In this document: positions 38,759 through 51,366 of the stretch, piece after piece
Layout of the letters: every line of letters begins with the position of its first letter
Numbering within the stretch: the first letter of the stretch is position 1
Assembly (NCBI GenBank): GCA_965287045.1
Contig: OZ336885.1
Span: 64,294,001-64,358,000, forward strand
From: Carcharhinus amblyrhynchos
Taxonomy: Eukaryota
DNA: 64,000 nucleotides
Reading direction: 5' to 3'
Notes under the pieces: generated by a model
Database searches by the model: none
What the model was told of the DNA's origin: nothing
Seen by the model: the letters and a program-made list of their open reading frames with translations, nothing else
Translations under genes and position numbers: made by a program

Positions 38759-39774
38759 CTTTGAAAACAAAGTTTAACTCATGATTATATGGAATGTTAC
38801 ATGGGTGTGCAGGGAAAGATCCATCCAATTTTCACTTAGAACGATAGTATCAGCCCAACAAATGCGTACCACACATTCACTCCTACAGGACAATGTATGA
38901 ATTATGTGTTTGTGCATGTTGTTGTAACATTGTAAGTAGCTATCAACACCGGGGCAGCGTCCCCCACCCCCACCCTAATCAATCCACCCTCTCCCACCTC
39001 CTCGCCACACACAGGCGTCAAGAAATTGAGTTGTGTAAAAGTATGTCAAGCTTGCAACATACGATGTTAAATGATCACTTTCCTGGACATCTTTTTTAAC
39101 AAAATCTGTTTTGTGCATTGAAATGCATATTATTCCTGTCATGTTGCGAACCGAATTGGACGTCTTTCTTCATCGGATACCAGATGAGGAATGAATGCAC
39201 CAATAGTTTTGGCAAAGTTTTACGTATTTCTATTTTCGTAATGCTTCTATTCCTGTGAACAGAGATTACTTTTTTTTTAGCAATAGAATAATTCCATCAT
39301 GCAGAATTCATGTTAGCGTTTCAGATAGGACTCTGTATTTGTATTGTTTCAGAATTTTTTTTTGTATTTCTCTTTGTTTGTTGATGTCCAACCTGCTTGT
39401 TTCTTCTTTGCTCTTTCACCTGTTTTGTGTGAACAGCCATTGTACAATTTAGGTGAGATGAAGAAAATGATTTAGTTTTTTTTTTCACAATGAATCCAAA
39501 ATTCAATGGCATTAAAATGTGAAGTTTAATATTCTTTCGAACTTGCTTTGTTGAGAAATATCGCATCTGGAAAAATGTGGAGACATGAAAAGTAACCAAG
39601 TTGCATGGCGATCACGTTGTTATCATTCCTATAACCCAAATAACAGCTCACCAGGAAGTATGATCCACTGCACTCATGACTTGTCAACATTGAGAGATTT
39701 CCCAGACGATAACACACACTTGTGTTCAGTGTTAATACCCACCCACATATATGTGTGGATTACTGCAACCAGAA

Positions 39775-39825
39775 GTGTTGTTGTTGTTATTGTTATTTAG
39801 TTATTGTTATTGTTATTGTTGTTTA
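39775..39825. repeat. (GTT/ATT)n microsatellite
   Basis: gtgttgttgttgttattgttatttagttattgttattgttattgttgtt. Confidence 0.8.
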
Positions 39826-40814
39826 GTTGTCACTGAATACAACATGTATTAACACCTTTCATCATTCTGCTGATGAATGGTTGTCAACTCTGTGACTGTA
39901 ACGGCGCAGATTACAGTATGCTGCGTTTTTCTTATGGGCAACATAGTTTTTTTGGTTTTTATAATGTATGTTGTTTTTTAATTAAATATTACGTTTCTAT
40001 GATCAGACAAACTATGACACATAGGTTTTCTTTCCGAATAATTATGGGAGGGACTCAGTGACGATCATTGGTGATTAGTGTAAGTTCAAGAACCCATTTT
40101 ACTTCGTTAATAGTCCTTTATGGATTGAAGTTTATTGCATGTTCATCATTATTCTTTTTGCATTGCAGCGATGAACTCCTCCAGTTAATGATACAAAGAT
40201 TTTTTTTTCGTTTTACACAAAGTGCCAGATTTGCTGAGCAAATGTAATAGGTTGGCTAAGAAACGTTCAACTGTATCCATCGAATAGTTTTTTTGTGAAA
40301 TATCCTCCTTTATTGTGGTCTCAAGATGTCAGTACCACGTTTACACGAATTATAGTTGTTATTCCAGTCATGATTTCCACGAAAATATTTTGCTCTCAGT
40401 GTCACACTCGGCCGTTTGGTAAGGCAAACATGAGTTGTATGGTCTGCGACAAAGTTGAATATCGTTGTTGATCATTCATCAGTTTAACTCAGTCCTTGTT
40501 ATTTCCTGAACGCCTCGTATGCACGTGTTACGTTTTTGTTTACAGTAAGATTTCGTATCCACACGACTTTTATTAAGTTCATTGCTTCAAAAATTGTCAC
40601 CGCTGCATGCAATTGCGATCTCGTGACAAATGAGGACCGGATAACATTACTTTCGCCTTTTTTACTTGCTCCCTCGACAATGGCAGCACATACACACAGG
40701 CACTGGTAGCTTTCCAAATCGTTAAATCAGTCAGCAGATTCGTCACCTAGTCAGATTTGTCAAGTTACATAGATGCCACCCAAGCAAATAGCATATTTTC
40801 TGTATTTGCTACAA

Positions 40815-41130
40815 AAGAACACAAGAACATAAGAAATAGGAGGAGGAGTAGGCCACCTAGCCCTTCGAGCCTGCCCAGCCATTCAATAAGATCATGGCTG
40901 ATCTGAAGTGGCTCAGTTCCACTTTCCCGCTTTCTCCCCATAACCCTTAATTTCCTTGCCTACCAAAACCCTATCTACCCGTGTCTTAAATATATTTAGC
41001 GAGGTAGCCTCCACCACATCAACGAGCAGAGAATTCCAGAGATTCACCACCCTTTGAGTGAATAAGTTCCTCCTCAACTCCGTTCTAATCAGTTTCCCCC
41101 TTATTTTGAGGCCGTGCCCTCTAGTCCTAA
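40815..41130 (-). mobile_element. CR1 LINE 3' end
   Basis: ORF 40913-41164 reads TRGHGLKIRG...FTQRVVNLWNSL; aagaacataagaaatagg tail. Confidence 0.9.
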
Positions 41131-41265
41131 ACGTAGAGTTGGCTGAACGTAGAGTTCCTTGCAAATGAGAAAATCTCAGATGCTAATTCAACCGATTTCA
41201 CTCCATTAAGGGTTATCAGAATGTTGCATGGATAGCCAATGTTGTCGAGATCTGAAGAGTTATTT

Positions 41266-41421
41266 TCACTGGAATTCTTCCTCCTCGCCAGCTACGGAAT
41301 CGGGGCAGTGGGCGGATGGTGGAGTGGGGTCGGGGGAATGCTGGGAGAGGGAAACGAAAATGACTGTTTACCTCGGGCGGGAGTTTCCGGAATCCTTCGT
41401 GTGACGTTACAATTCCAGCCC
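41266..41421. mobile_element. Short Harbinger-type MITE
   Basis: Terminal inverted repeat ctggaatt...aattccagccc around a GC-rich core. Confidence 0.45.
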
Positions 41422-41435
41422 GATTTCGTTGATAT

Positions 41436-41905
41436 TACATAAGAACATAAGAAATAGGAGCAGGAGTAGGCCATCTAGCCCTTCGAGCCTGCCCCACCAT
41501 TCAATAAGATTATGGCTGATCTGATGTGGATCAGTTCCACTTTCCCACTTTCTCCCCATAACCCTTAGTTCCCCTGTCTGTGAAAAACCTATCTACCCGC
41601 AACTTAAATACATTTATCGACTTAAATACACTTAGCGAGGTAGCCTCCACCACCTCAACGGGCAGAGAATTCCATAGATTCACCACCCTCAGAGTGAAGA
41701 AGTTCCTCCTCAACTCTGATCGAAACTGTACCCCCCGCCCCCCCCCCCCCCCCCCCCCCCCCCGGATTATATTGAGGCTGGACCCTCTAGTCCTGCTATC
41801 CTTTCTAAGCGGGAAGAATCTCTCTACCTCCACCCTATCCATCCCTTTCATTTTCTTATACGTCTCCATAAGATCCCCCCTCATCCCTCTAAAGTCCAAC
41901 GAATT
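41436..41905 (-). mobile_element. CR1 LINE 3' end with expanded G tract
   Basis: ORF 41531-41917 reads RGDLMETYK...RNFFTLRVVNLWNSLP; C run on + strand at about 41731-41763. Confidence 0.92.
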
Positions 41906-42141
41906 TACACTGGGCACTGGGAGTGTACTAATAGAATTGTACCCTGACTATAATCAGCGCCTGACCCAGGGAAAGCGGAAGGTCACAGGGGATGATCAGG
42001 AAGGCAAGAACATATGGTGTGTTGTATCAAAGATTTGCCTTTCGAGAAGTTAAGGACCTTTGTCATGCTGGCTGAAGGAAAATTGTGCTTACATTTGTTT
42101 TGAACACTTTTTTTTCTTCATCAATGACATTGATTCTTAAT

Positions 42142-42460
42142 GGGTTAGTGCGGTAGCACAGTGGTTGGCACTGCTGCCTCACAGCGCCAGGGACCTGGGT
42201 TCGATTCCCGGCTTGGGTCACTGTCTGTGTGGAGTTTGCACATTCTCCCCGCGTCTGTGTGGGTTTCTCCGGGTGCTCTGGTTTCTTCCCACGCTCCAAA
42301 GATGTGCTGGTTAGGTTGATTGGCCATGGAAAATTACCCCTTGGTGACAAGGGGACGAGCAGGTTAAATAAGTGGTGTTATGAGGATAGGACTTGGGTGG
42401 GGTTGTGGTCATTGCAGACACGATGGGCCAAATGGCCTCTATCCGCACAGTAGGGGTTCT
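42142..42460 (+). mobile_element. HE1-type tRNA-derived SINE (V-SINE), near intact
   Basis: Pol III A box TAGCACAGTGG (42154-42164) and B box GGTTCGATTCC (42198-42208). Central gtggagtttgcacattctccccgcgtctg domain and CR1-derived tail gatgggccaaatggcct. Confidence 0.92.
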
Positions 42461-42699
42461 ATTTTCCATGACTGAAGATACTCTTTTCGCATCTTCCATT
42501 GATGGTATTCTCCAAATAATATTCCTGACCTTGGCAGGATCATGATTTAACCCAATTCCATCCACACTATATACACATCCAGTGGGACATAGGAATGGTA
42601 AAACGATATAAAATAAGGCCCTGGCTTCTTGGTTGTTTCCTCCCCAGGGGCACAAAATACCACAGTAATAGTTCTGTTCCCAGCCTAGACAAAATTAGC

Positions 42700-43250
42700 T
42701 TTCTTTATATTCTCCCACAGGATGTTTGCATCACTAGCTGGACCTGTGTTTGATGCCCCTCCCCACTTGTCCTTGTGAAGGTGGTGGTGTGCTGCTCTGA
42801 ACCCCGACATGGTTCCATATGATTCCATACACGTACACCCGTAGCGCTGTTAGGCAGTGAGTTACAAGATTCTGATCCAGCTAACTCACCACTGATTTCT
42901 CGGTTATTCCTGGCGCCTTCCTCAGGTCTACGCGCTGTTTTATGCCCCGTAACTAAACCTTCCACCTTCCAAACTCATAACCACTACTATCTCGAAGGAC
43001 AAGAGCAGCAGATACCTAAGAACACCACCACTTGGTAGATCACCTCCAAGCCATTCTCTGACTTTGGAATGTTGTGCTGTGCCGAAATCCTGAAATTCCC
43101 TCCCAAACATCGCTGTGGGTGTCCCTACACCTTGGGGACTGCAGCGGTTCAAGAGGGTAGCTTACCATTTCCTTCTCAAGGGGCAGTTAGGGATGGGCAT
43201 TGAATGCTAACCCAGCCAGCAATGTCCACATCCCATAAATTAATTTAAAA
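42700..43250. mobile_element. Second LINE family (CR1/L2-clade) 3' end, with an inverted partial copy at about 42700-42880
   Basis: The + strand has ggactgcagcggttcaag...cttctcaaggggcagttagggatgggca. The upstream ccttgtgaaggtggtggtg...ggcagtgagttacaagatt is its reverse complement. Same family as 50740-51095. Confidence 0.7.
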
Positions 43251-43949
43251 GCCAAATGACTCAGGCCAATTGAGCGTGCAATACATCTCGTTCGAATCTG
43301 ACCACGGATTCAGAAATGTAATTATTTCACACGTCTATATTTTGTTACGATCCCTCAAATCCACCCCTCCCCCCTCCCGAAATCCACATGTTTCGATGAG
43401 CATCTGTAGTCCCATAGCACACAACGCTACAGACCAAGTGCTGGAAAATGGGACTAGAATAGGTGGGTGCTTGAAGGCGAGTGCAGACATGATGGGCTGA
43501 AGGGCTTCCCTCTGTGCTGCAAAACTCTGTGACTCATTTGTTTGGTGCGTTCTGCTGAACGGGTTTTGAGCAAACTTACCTCAGTCGCCTCAAGAGGATG
43601 AGCGTGCCAGAAAACTTTGTCCTGTCATAGTTGTCTCCTCTCCTTTTGCCCTCATTAACCTCTGTCCTCTTTCTCTCTCCTATTTCAACCATTGGAGAGT
43701 GGATTTATATTTTCTAAACCCTGTGGATCCCAGTCCGCAGTTTGAAGCCAGTGTGGGGAGCAAAAGCTTAAAAGGGCCTGTAATTAATTCCAAACTCTTT
43801 AACAGTTCTGGAACACAACAAATGCTGGAAGGCATTTCTGCCTCCGAAGATCCTTAATACAACTTTGATCAAGAGCCCGTCCCAAGCCGGATCCCGGTTA
43901 GAGGTGGAGGCAACTGGTGTGTGCAAGGCAGACTGAAAGAAAGCGATGC

Positions 43950-44545
43950 CCAACAAAGAACAAGCTAAAGCACAGCACAGGAACAGACCCCTCGGCCTCC
44001 CAAGCTTCCGGTGACAGTGATGCCCGAACCAAACAAAAAAAAATCCCTCTACCCCTATTCAGTCCACATCCCTCCACTCCCCCCGCCCCCCCAATCACGC
44101 ACCCATCCAAATGCTGCCAATGTGCTCGCCTCCACATCCCACCACCGCCTCCTCCGCCTCCCCACCACCCCCCCCCCCCCCCCCCACCGCCGGCAGCGCC
44201 CTCCAGGCAGCCACTCTCTGCGTGAAAATCTTCCCCCACACACCTCCCCCAAACCCCTCCCCTCTCTCTCAACTTGAACCTGTGCCCCCCCCCCCCCCAC
44301 CCCCATCCCGCAACAGACACCTCCACCCCGGGAAAAAAGCCTCCATCCATCCACCCTCTCTATGTCTCTCATCATTTTGCAGACCAGGTCTCCCCTCAGC
44401 CTCCGTCCCTCCAGCGAAAATAACCCAGTTTATTCAATTTCTCCTCACAGCCAACACCCTCGAGACCAGCCCCAGAGTCACCCGCCGCAGATCCCCTGGC
44501 CTCCGGCCTTGCCCGCACCGCGCCCGCCGCCACAGGAACACAAAG
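43950..44545 (-). mobile_element. CR1 LINE 3' end, G-hypermutated
   Basis: GLEGVGCEEKLNKLG, FFPGVEVS..GHRFK and VEGCGLN recognisable amid G runs; aaagaacaag tail near 43955. Confidence 0.85.
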
Positions 44546-46649
44546 GACCAAAATGGCATCCGGTTGCGGCATGCGTGGTATAAATTTAGTGTATCTGCGT
44601 CTTGGCTCTTGAGATAAGTGACGGGCCTGTAGTAGGAGGAGAGAGGTTGCAGCTAGGTGGCAAAGCTGATGAATACTGGGCACAGCACCGGGACGATAGC
44701 TGAAGCAGTCCCTACTGTAAAGCTTGCAATCAGAAAGGCTCAAAGATGGCATTATGCAAATCCAAATGGCCTGAAGCTGAAGTGGAATTTATTATCCTCG
44801 CTCCATGGTGTTTTTGGCAGTAGGAGGGAATTTAGGAATATTGCATTACAGTTAGGAATCGACTTCAGCTTGCACAGAATTTTTTCACAGGATGAATGTT
44901 TGTTCTAGCTCTGCAGTTTGAAATGACACGCTCGTATGACAATCTGTCTCCGTGTTTTACACAGTGTCAATCAACGAGTAGGTTGCTGTTCCACTTCGTC
45001 ATTGGCAGTCTTTAAGATTGCTGTCAGAATGTTACCCAAATGTGCTCAATCACTCCTTGCATGTCCAATTAGAGATGATATCCGAACGGACAGTGACATA
45101 ACATGGAATTTAGATTGAGCATGTTCGCAAAATAAAAAACAAATTCACGTTTAAAAGAGCTGGCTTTTTCGCTGCGTCACTGAAGGGTGCAGGTAAGTTA
45201 CACAAACAGTCAGTTTGTTGAAAATTCATGTTGACTGTTCTAAACAACACATATTGAGAGAAAAAAGTCTATAAAGCGAACGATTTGAAAAAAAAATCAA
45301 CTGTGCAGATCACAACGCTGGAGTAAATAATCGTCAACCTAATAAAAAAAAACATACTTTAGCTGAAAGGCATTCCTACTCTGTAACATAAAATGATTCA
45401 ACCTATTTTACAATGAACCTTACCATACATTTGAAAACTTTAAAAGCGCATTCTGCACACGTGAGATGAGCTTCATCACTCAGTATTTCCAGTACCAACT
45501 TCGACAGAATGTTTTTTTTCATGTACGTATGTATCAGTACCGAAAACATCTATCATCCCCAAGAATGTTCACTCCAAACAAGATCACGAACGTGCACTTC
45601 TCTCATTCGAGTATGTAGAGTCGGGGTTGGGGTGGAGTGGAATGGGGCAAATATTCTTGCTTCCAAAATCACATGGTACAGCGTATTCTGCGATTGTAAC
45701 GCTGATAGTATCAAGCAATATCGACCAATCATATCCCACAGCCTTGCCCTACTTTTTTTGGAGATCAGTGAGGTATCAGTAACACAGAGTTTGTTCGATT
45801 TCAGAGGCCAGCATCCGCATCATGACATGTTGGAATTCATGCAAGTCGTAAACTGGGATGCACAATGGAAGAGTATTGTGTGTTCCTTCCCTGAAGATAT
45901 CCTTGTGTTGTCTGAATTATCACAAGTAGAACACAGGGATGAATCCCTTCCCACAGTTATAATCGCGTGTACATTTCTACATTCATTTGAGAACGTCGGG
46001 TCACAGGGTACTTCTTCACAACAACTCAATTCATACGCAGGAAAACAACCAAACGGTGTTCCAATAGTCCACTTCGATTTTCCAGCGCATCAATGCATGT
46101 GTTCAATTCGCAAACAGGAGTGCCTATCGTGGCAGAATTTGAGGTCCTATCACTGGAACATTCTGTCAGTAGTCTCAGCTAAATTTGAACCGTTCACTTC
46201 CAATACATTCCATTCATTCTTTGAGGCAAAACATCGATGTATGAAGCGTTGTTTCCGATCAGTTGTTGTACAATAGAATTTTGGATCTGTTCCTCAGATC
46301 ATATAAATTATTTTTCGTGAAAAACTATCATTTCCGTTTTCAGAATGTACGACTCTGTTCCAAAGCGTGAATCGTAATCTTTCTCGTTAGATTACAACAT
46401 GCAAAATAATCTGCCAATTAAGAGATCAGTGGAGACCTGTCCAGCACTAAGTGACAGACAATTCGTGGCTTTGACGTTATTCCAGTTGGCAGCAACTGGA
46501 CATGTTAAGTGGAATAAGGTTGCCTTTGAAACAGAAACAATGTCCAGAATTGTTGCTTGGAAAATAAAAACTGGGAGTATCCGTGGAACATAATGCAAGT
46601 ATATTTAACGAGGCGAGTCCTATGTTGCTCTGACTGCACAATGAGTGTT

Positions 46650-49640
46650 GCTTAAATGCGAGGAGTGTTTTTGGAACTGGATGAAAACAGAGAGTTAGGT
46701 GACACAGGCAGCAGAGTCTACAAGGAAGAGTGCTGATTGGTAAGTAAGTGTTGCCCTTGATTCTTTGAAACTGCCAGTAATTTCGAATAAAAAAAAATCT
46801 TCAAAATGACAGCACAGTAGGGCCCTGATTTGATTGACTAAAAGGGAGCTGTGCTAAATTTGAAAAAAAAAACATTGAAATGAATTGTGAGACATTGTGT
46901 TGAGGCTGCGGTAATAATTATAAGAATACTTTTGTTAAAAAAAATGAAAGCCCAAATTAAAATCTAATTAAATAATATAGAGATGGAAGGTCAGGTGATG
47001 TGTTGTTCATGTATGATGTGGGAGCTGGTGGATACAGCTCCCGCATCAAGGGGGCTGTACTCGTTGGGGTTTAGAAGGCTGAGGGGAGATCATATAGAGA
47101 CATATAAGGTAATGACGTGCTAGACAGGGGAGAGGCAGAGAGATGATTTCCACTTCGAAAGGAAACAAGAACTTGTGGTCAAAGCCTCAAACTAAGGTAG
47201 AGTCAATTTAGAACAGAGTTGAGGAGGAACTTCTCTCAGAAGGCACTGAACCTTTGGAATTCTCTGCTCATTGAAGCAGTGGAGGCTACCTCGTTAAATA
47301 TGTTTAAGTCACAAATAGATAGATTTCTGATCAATATGGGAATTAAGGTTTATGGGGAGCGGGCGGATAAGTGGAACTATCAGATCAGCCATGACCTCTT
47401 GGAATGGTAGGTCAGGTTTGATGGGCTAGATAACCTCATGCTGATTCTATTTCTTATGTCCTTTTTTTGTTGAGCTCATTGTAGTTCCCAGTGAGCATGT
47501 CTGTAATAAGTGTTGGTTGCTTGAAAAACTCCGGTTTTGGGTGTATGAGCTGGATTCTGAGCTCCGTGTGCTTCAACACATTAGGGACGGGAAGGGATAT
47601 TTGGTCACTTTGTTCCAGGAATCCTTTGTACCCCTTAGATTAAATACCTTGAATTTGGCCAGTGGACAAGGGCATGAGAGCACGTCTGTGAGAGAGGCTG
47701 ATGGAGGGATCCAGGAGATAGCGTTGCAGGAGCCTTATTCCCTGAATTTATCCAACAGGTTCGACATTCTTGTTCCTTGTGTAGACAGAAATGTGTACCG
47801 CAAGGAAGGTGAGCCAACTGACAATGACACCCTGGTACAGCCTGCTTCAAATGGGGATAGAAAAAAAAAGAAAGGTTGTCATAATTGGGTTTGTATAGTT
47901 AGGGACACTGAGACTATTCTCTTTGACCAGAAACTTGAAGGCGGTGTTGCCTGCCTAATGATCGGGTTCGGGATATCTCATCTGGGCTGAGTGGAAACTT
48001 GGAGTGGGAGGGCAAAAGTCCAGTTGTGGTGGTCCAAGTAGGTATCAATGACATAAGCACAGCAAGTACAATAGGAACAATGGTTCAGCTACAGGACCAT
48101 GAAGTTCTTGGACCAAAATAGAAAAGCAGAACCAAAAGAGTAACAATCTCTGGATTATTACTTGAGCCACGAGCGAATTGCCACAGTGCCAATAAGATTA
48201 AGGACTAAACGCGTGGCTCAAAGATTGGTATGAGAGGGAAAGGTTTGAATTCATAGGGCATTGGCAAAAGCACTGGGGAAGAGGGGACCAGTCCCATTGA
48301 GGCGGTCTTCATTTGAATCGAGCTGGGATCATAGTCCTGGCAAATCGTGTAACTGTAGGTAGGGTTTTAAACTACGCAATCGGGGCCGGAAGGGAGAGGA
48401 GTACGGAAGTGGGGGTGGGGGGTGGGGTTCAGTTATATGGACGATTATAAATTCAAAAATAAAGGAGAGGATGGATGAGAAGATTAATGAAGACCAGGGC
48501 TCAGGAGGGTTCATCAATGTTTCCAGAGCACGTAACAGAACAGAGTACAAAGGATGGCAGAAACCTAAACTCAGGCGGAGAAATAAATGTGAAAAGTATG
48601 GGAAGGAAGGTAGTCAATGCAGGATTGAATGTATTGTACCTAAATTCAGACAGTATATGGAACAAGTTAAACGAGCTTGTTGTGCACACTGTAATTGGAT
48701 GGTACAACGTTGGGGGGCATCACAGAGACATGGCTGCAAGAGTATCAGGGCTGGGATCTAAATATCCAAGGATATGTATCCTATCAGAAGACAGACAGAT
48801 GGACAATGGGTGTGGAGTTGCACTGTTCGTAAGGAATGAAGTTAAATCCATCGTAAGAAGTGATATTTGACATTTGATCAGAAGGCAAAAAAAAAATCTG
48901 TGGAGAAAGTAAAGGAATCGCAAAGAACCTGATAAGAGTTAGGTACAGGCCCCCTACCAGTCGTCAAGATGTGGGGCAAAAAATAAGTCAGGAGATTCAA
49001 AGGGTATGTATATAAAAAAAGGCAATACTACAATAATCAAGGGAGACTTCAATATGCAGGTAGACTGGGAAAATCAGATATGTAGTGGATCTCAAGAGAA
49101 GGAATTTGTGGAATTACTAAATTTTTTGGAGTAACTTGTGACAAAACATACTCGGGAATAAGCATTTCTGGATTTGATGATGTTTAATGATGCAGGATTG
49201 ATTTGGGAATTTAAGGTGAACAAACATTTAGATAGCAGCGACTACAATATGGTAGAATTTATCCTGCAGTTTGAGAGACGGAAGCTGGAATCAGATGGAA
49301 CGGTATTAAAATATAATAAATGTACCAACAAAGACGTGAGGGTGGAGACTTGATTGGAAAGGGACCGTAGCAGAGAAAGCAGTAGAAAAACAATGGCAGG
49401 AGTTATTGGAAGTTAATTAGGAGGCGCAACAGTAATTCATCCCAAAGAGGAGGAAACATGCTCAGGGGAGGATGAGACATTCATGGCTGACGAGGTTATC
49501 AAGGACAATATAAAAGCAAACGAAAAAGCATACAAAGTGGCAAGGATTAGTGGGAAGCCAGAGCATTGGGAAACATTTAAAAACAGCAGAGAACAACTAA
49601 AAAACACAGTAAGACTGGGAGAAGATAAAACTTTTTAACG
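46650..49640 (+). mobile_element. CR1 LINE 5' part: 5' UTR, ORF1 (Zn-finger/leucine zipper/esterase) and ORF2 endonuclease
   Basis: MEGQVMCCSCMMWELVD...HVCNKCWLLEKLR...ELDSEL, LSNRFDIL, VVVQVGINDI and GLHLNRAG. ORF2 has LNVLYLN.DSIWNK and GDFNMQVDWE. Confidence 0.88.
47035..47465 (+). mobile_element. CR1 3' fragment nested in CR1 ORF1
   Basis: ORF 47219-47410 reads RRNFSQKALNLWNSL; ttcttatgtc tail. It splits the ORF1 CxxC...CxxC finger. Confidence 0.85.
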
Positions 49641-49649
49641 GAAATTTAC

Positions 49650-50030
49650 ATGATACTGCGAGGGCCAGATTGAGTGGGCCTGGAGAGGATGTTTCCACTG
49701 GTAGAGAGAGAGAAAAATAAGCTGGAACCAAAAGGCACAACCTCAGGTTAAAGGGACAATCCTTTAAAACAGAGATGTGGAGCAATTTCTTCAGCCAGAG
49801 AGTTTTGAATCTGTGGAACTCGTTGCCGCAGAACGCTATCGACGCCAAGTCATGAAGTGTCTTTAAGACGGAGATCGATAGATTATTGATTTGTAAGAGG
49901 GGCAGCTTTTATAGAGAAAGGGCAGTAAAATGGGAGCGATAAAAAAAAGTCAACCATCGTTGAACGGTGGAGCAGACTTGATGGGCCGAGTGGCCTAATT
50001 CTGCTCCTGAGTCTCATGATCTTATGGTCT
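49650..50030 (+). mobile_element. CR1 3' end
   Basis: ttcttcagccagagagttttgaatctgtggaactc...gatgggccgagtggcctaattctgctcct. Confidence 0.8.
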
Positions 50031-50739
50031 TTGTAGCACTGAGCATTTAATTTTTCCGTGCAAGTTTTAATTTAATTGCGAGAGATTGTTTTTGGTGATT
50101 TGGGGAAAGCTAAGATTAAATTTCTTACTGTAATCCTCCAGTCTCTGTATATGTCTTTGTATTTCTATATTTTTAACAAAAAAGAAACAAGTACATACAT
50201 TATTGTTTCACAACACAGACGCATTAAAAAATGTTTCTCACTGCACATGATAAGTAGAGAAAAACAATCCTAAATATAATCATGAATTAGTCACATATGT
50301 TTGCGAAGTAAACAGTTAATTCAAACTGATATAGTCATAATTCTGACTGCACGGATTCAAATGAAAAATGTATTTCATGCTGTCTCTTAGCAAACGGAAG
50401 TTATTATACATGACGAACAATCGTCGTTTTGTGCTGCCATCTGCGAGGTTAAATTTAGGTTGAAATCTTTACTTTTTTGACAATAATTTCAAGAATATGG
50501 GGTGATGTTAGATTTATATTTGAAGAACAGTTGAATAAGTTTTTGTTCCAGCAGACTCACTTGTTCAACGTAGTTTGGTGCTTCGCCGCAGATCAAGGCA
50601 TTTTTTTCCCACCAAAAATCCAATTGTTTGTCACATTTCCTGCATTGCCTCTCCAACGATATTCTTCTGCCACATTTAACTATTTTCCTTTGTAATTCTT
50701 ATATCACGCACGACATATAAATATGAACTTATTTTGTGA

Positions 50740-51095
50740 TGCACTGCAGCAATTCACCAAACTTCCTCAGGCAACACATTTCAAACGCCAGAACATTTCT
50801 AACTCGAAGGACAGGAGCAGCACTTGCATGGAAACGCCAACAGCTGCAAGGTCATCTCCAATCTACTCCTCATCCTGATCTTCGAAATATATGGCCGTTC
50901 GTTCACAGTCACGAGGTTGAAATCCTGGAATTCCTTCCCTTGTAGCATTTCAGGTAAGCCCGCAACATGTAGAGTTGCAACAATTCGCAAAGCTAACCCA
51001 CCACCACCTTCACAAGGGCAAATTCGATTGGTCAATTGACATTAAGTTTGGGGCATCCAGCGATGCCCATTTCCCACGAATGAATAAAAATGTCC
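50740..51095 (+). mobile_element. CR1/L2-clade LINE 3' end
   Basis: Colinear with 42900-43250; ends atgaataaaaa. Confidence 0.7.
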
Positions 51096-51339
51096 ATACA
51101 TGAAATGTAGCTACTTTCTTATCAGAAAATTAATAGATATGACTGCAACTGCAGCATGAGTGACAGTCATTAGGGTCATGCTGTTCACAAAACAATCTGC
51201 AGAACAATCCAAGTTTTGTTGTCCGGTTTCTCAATTGACTCAGCAACGTAATTTCACTTATGAACACAACCCACTGATTATCGTATATGACCCTGTTATT
51301 CTGCATACACTGTTGTTCAAGACAGTAAGTTCGTGTTAC

Positions 51340-51366
51340 CTCCATCCTTCTCCTTCAACAAGCTGT
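51340..51366 (-). CDS. Micro-exon (27 nt, phase 1-1): (D)SLLKEKDG
   Basis: atttattgattacag|acagcttgttgaaggagaaggatggag|gtaaca. Confidence 0.65.

Noticed and set aside
36676-38770. ORFs containing long X runs
   Set aside because: Artefacts of translating N runs.
42142-42215. tRNA gene
   Set aside because: The A and B boxes belong to a SINE head that continues into the SINE body and LINE-derived tail; no full cloverleaf.
43898-44752. Gly-rich and Pro-rich ORFs resembling structural proteins
   Set aside because: Translations of a G-hypermutated CR1 3' end and its antisense.
45930-45975. CGKGF-like C2H2 zinc-finger fragment on the - strand
   Set aside because: No His pair, no TGEKP linker and surrounded by stops.
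50561-50697. Minus-strand open segment with CxxC (RQCRKCDKQLDFWWEKNALICGE) before a gtgagt donor
   Set aside because: Weak acceptor and an incomplete metal-ligand pattern for a B-box or FYVE domain.
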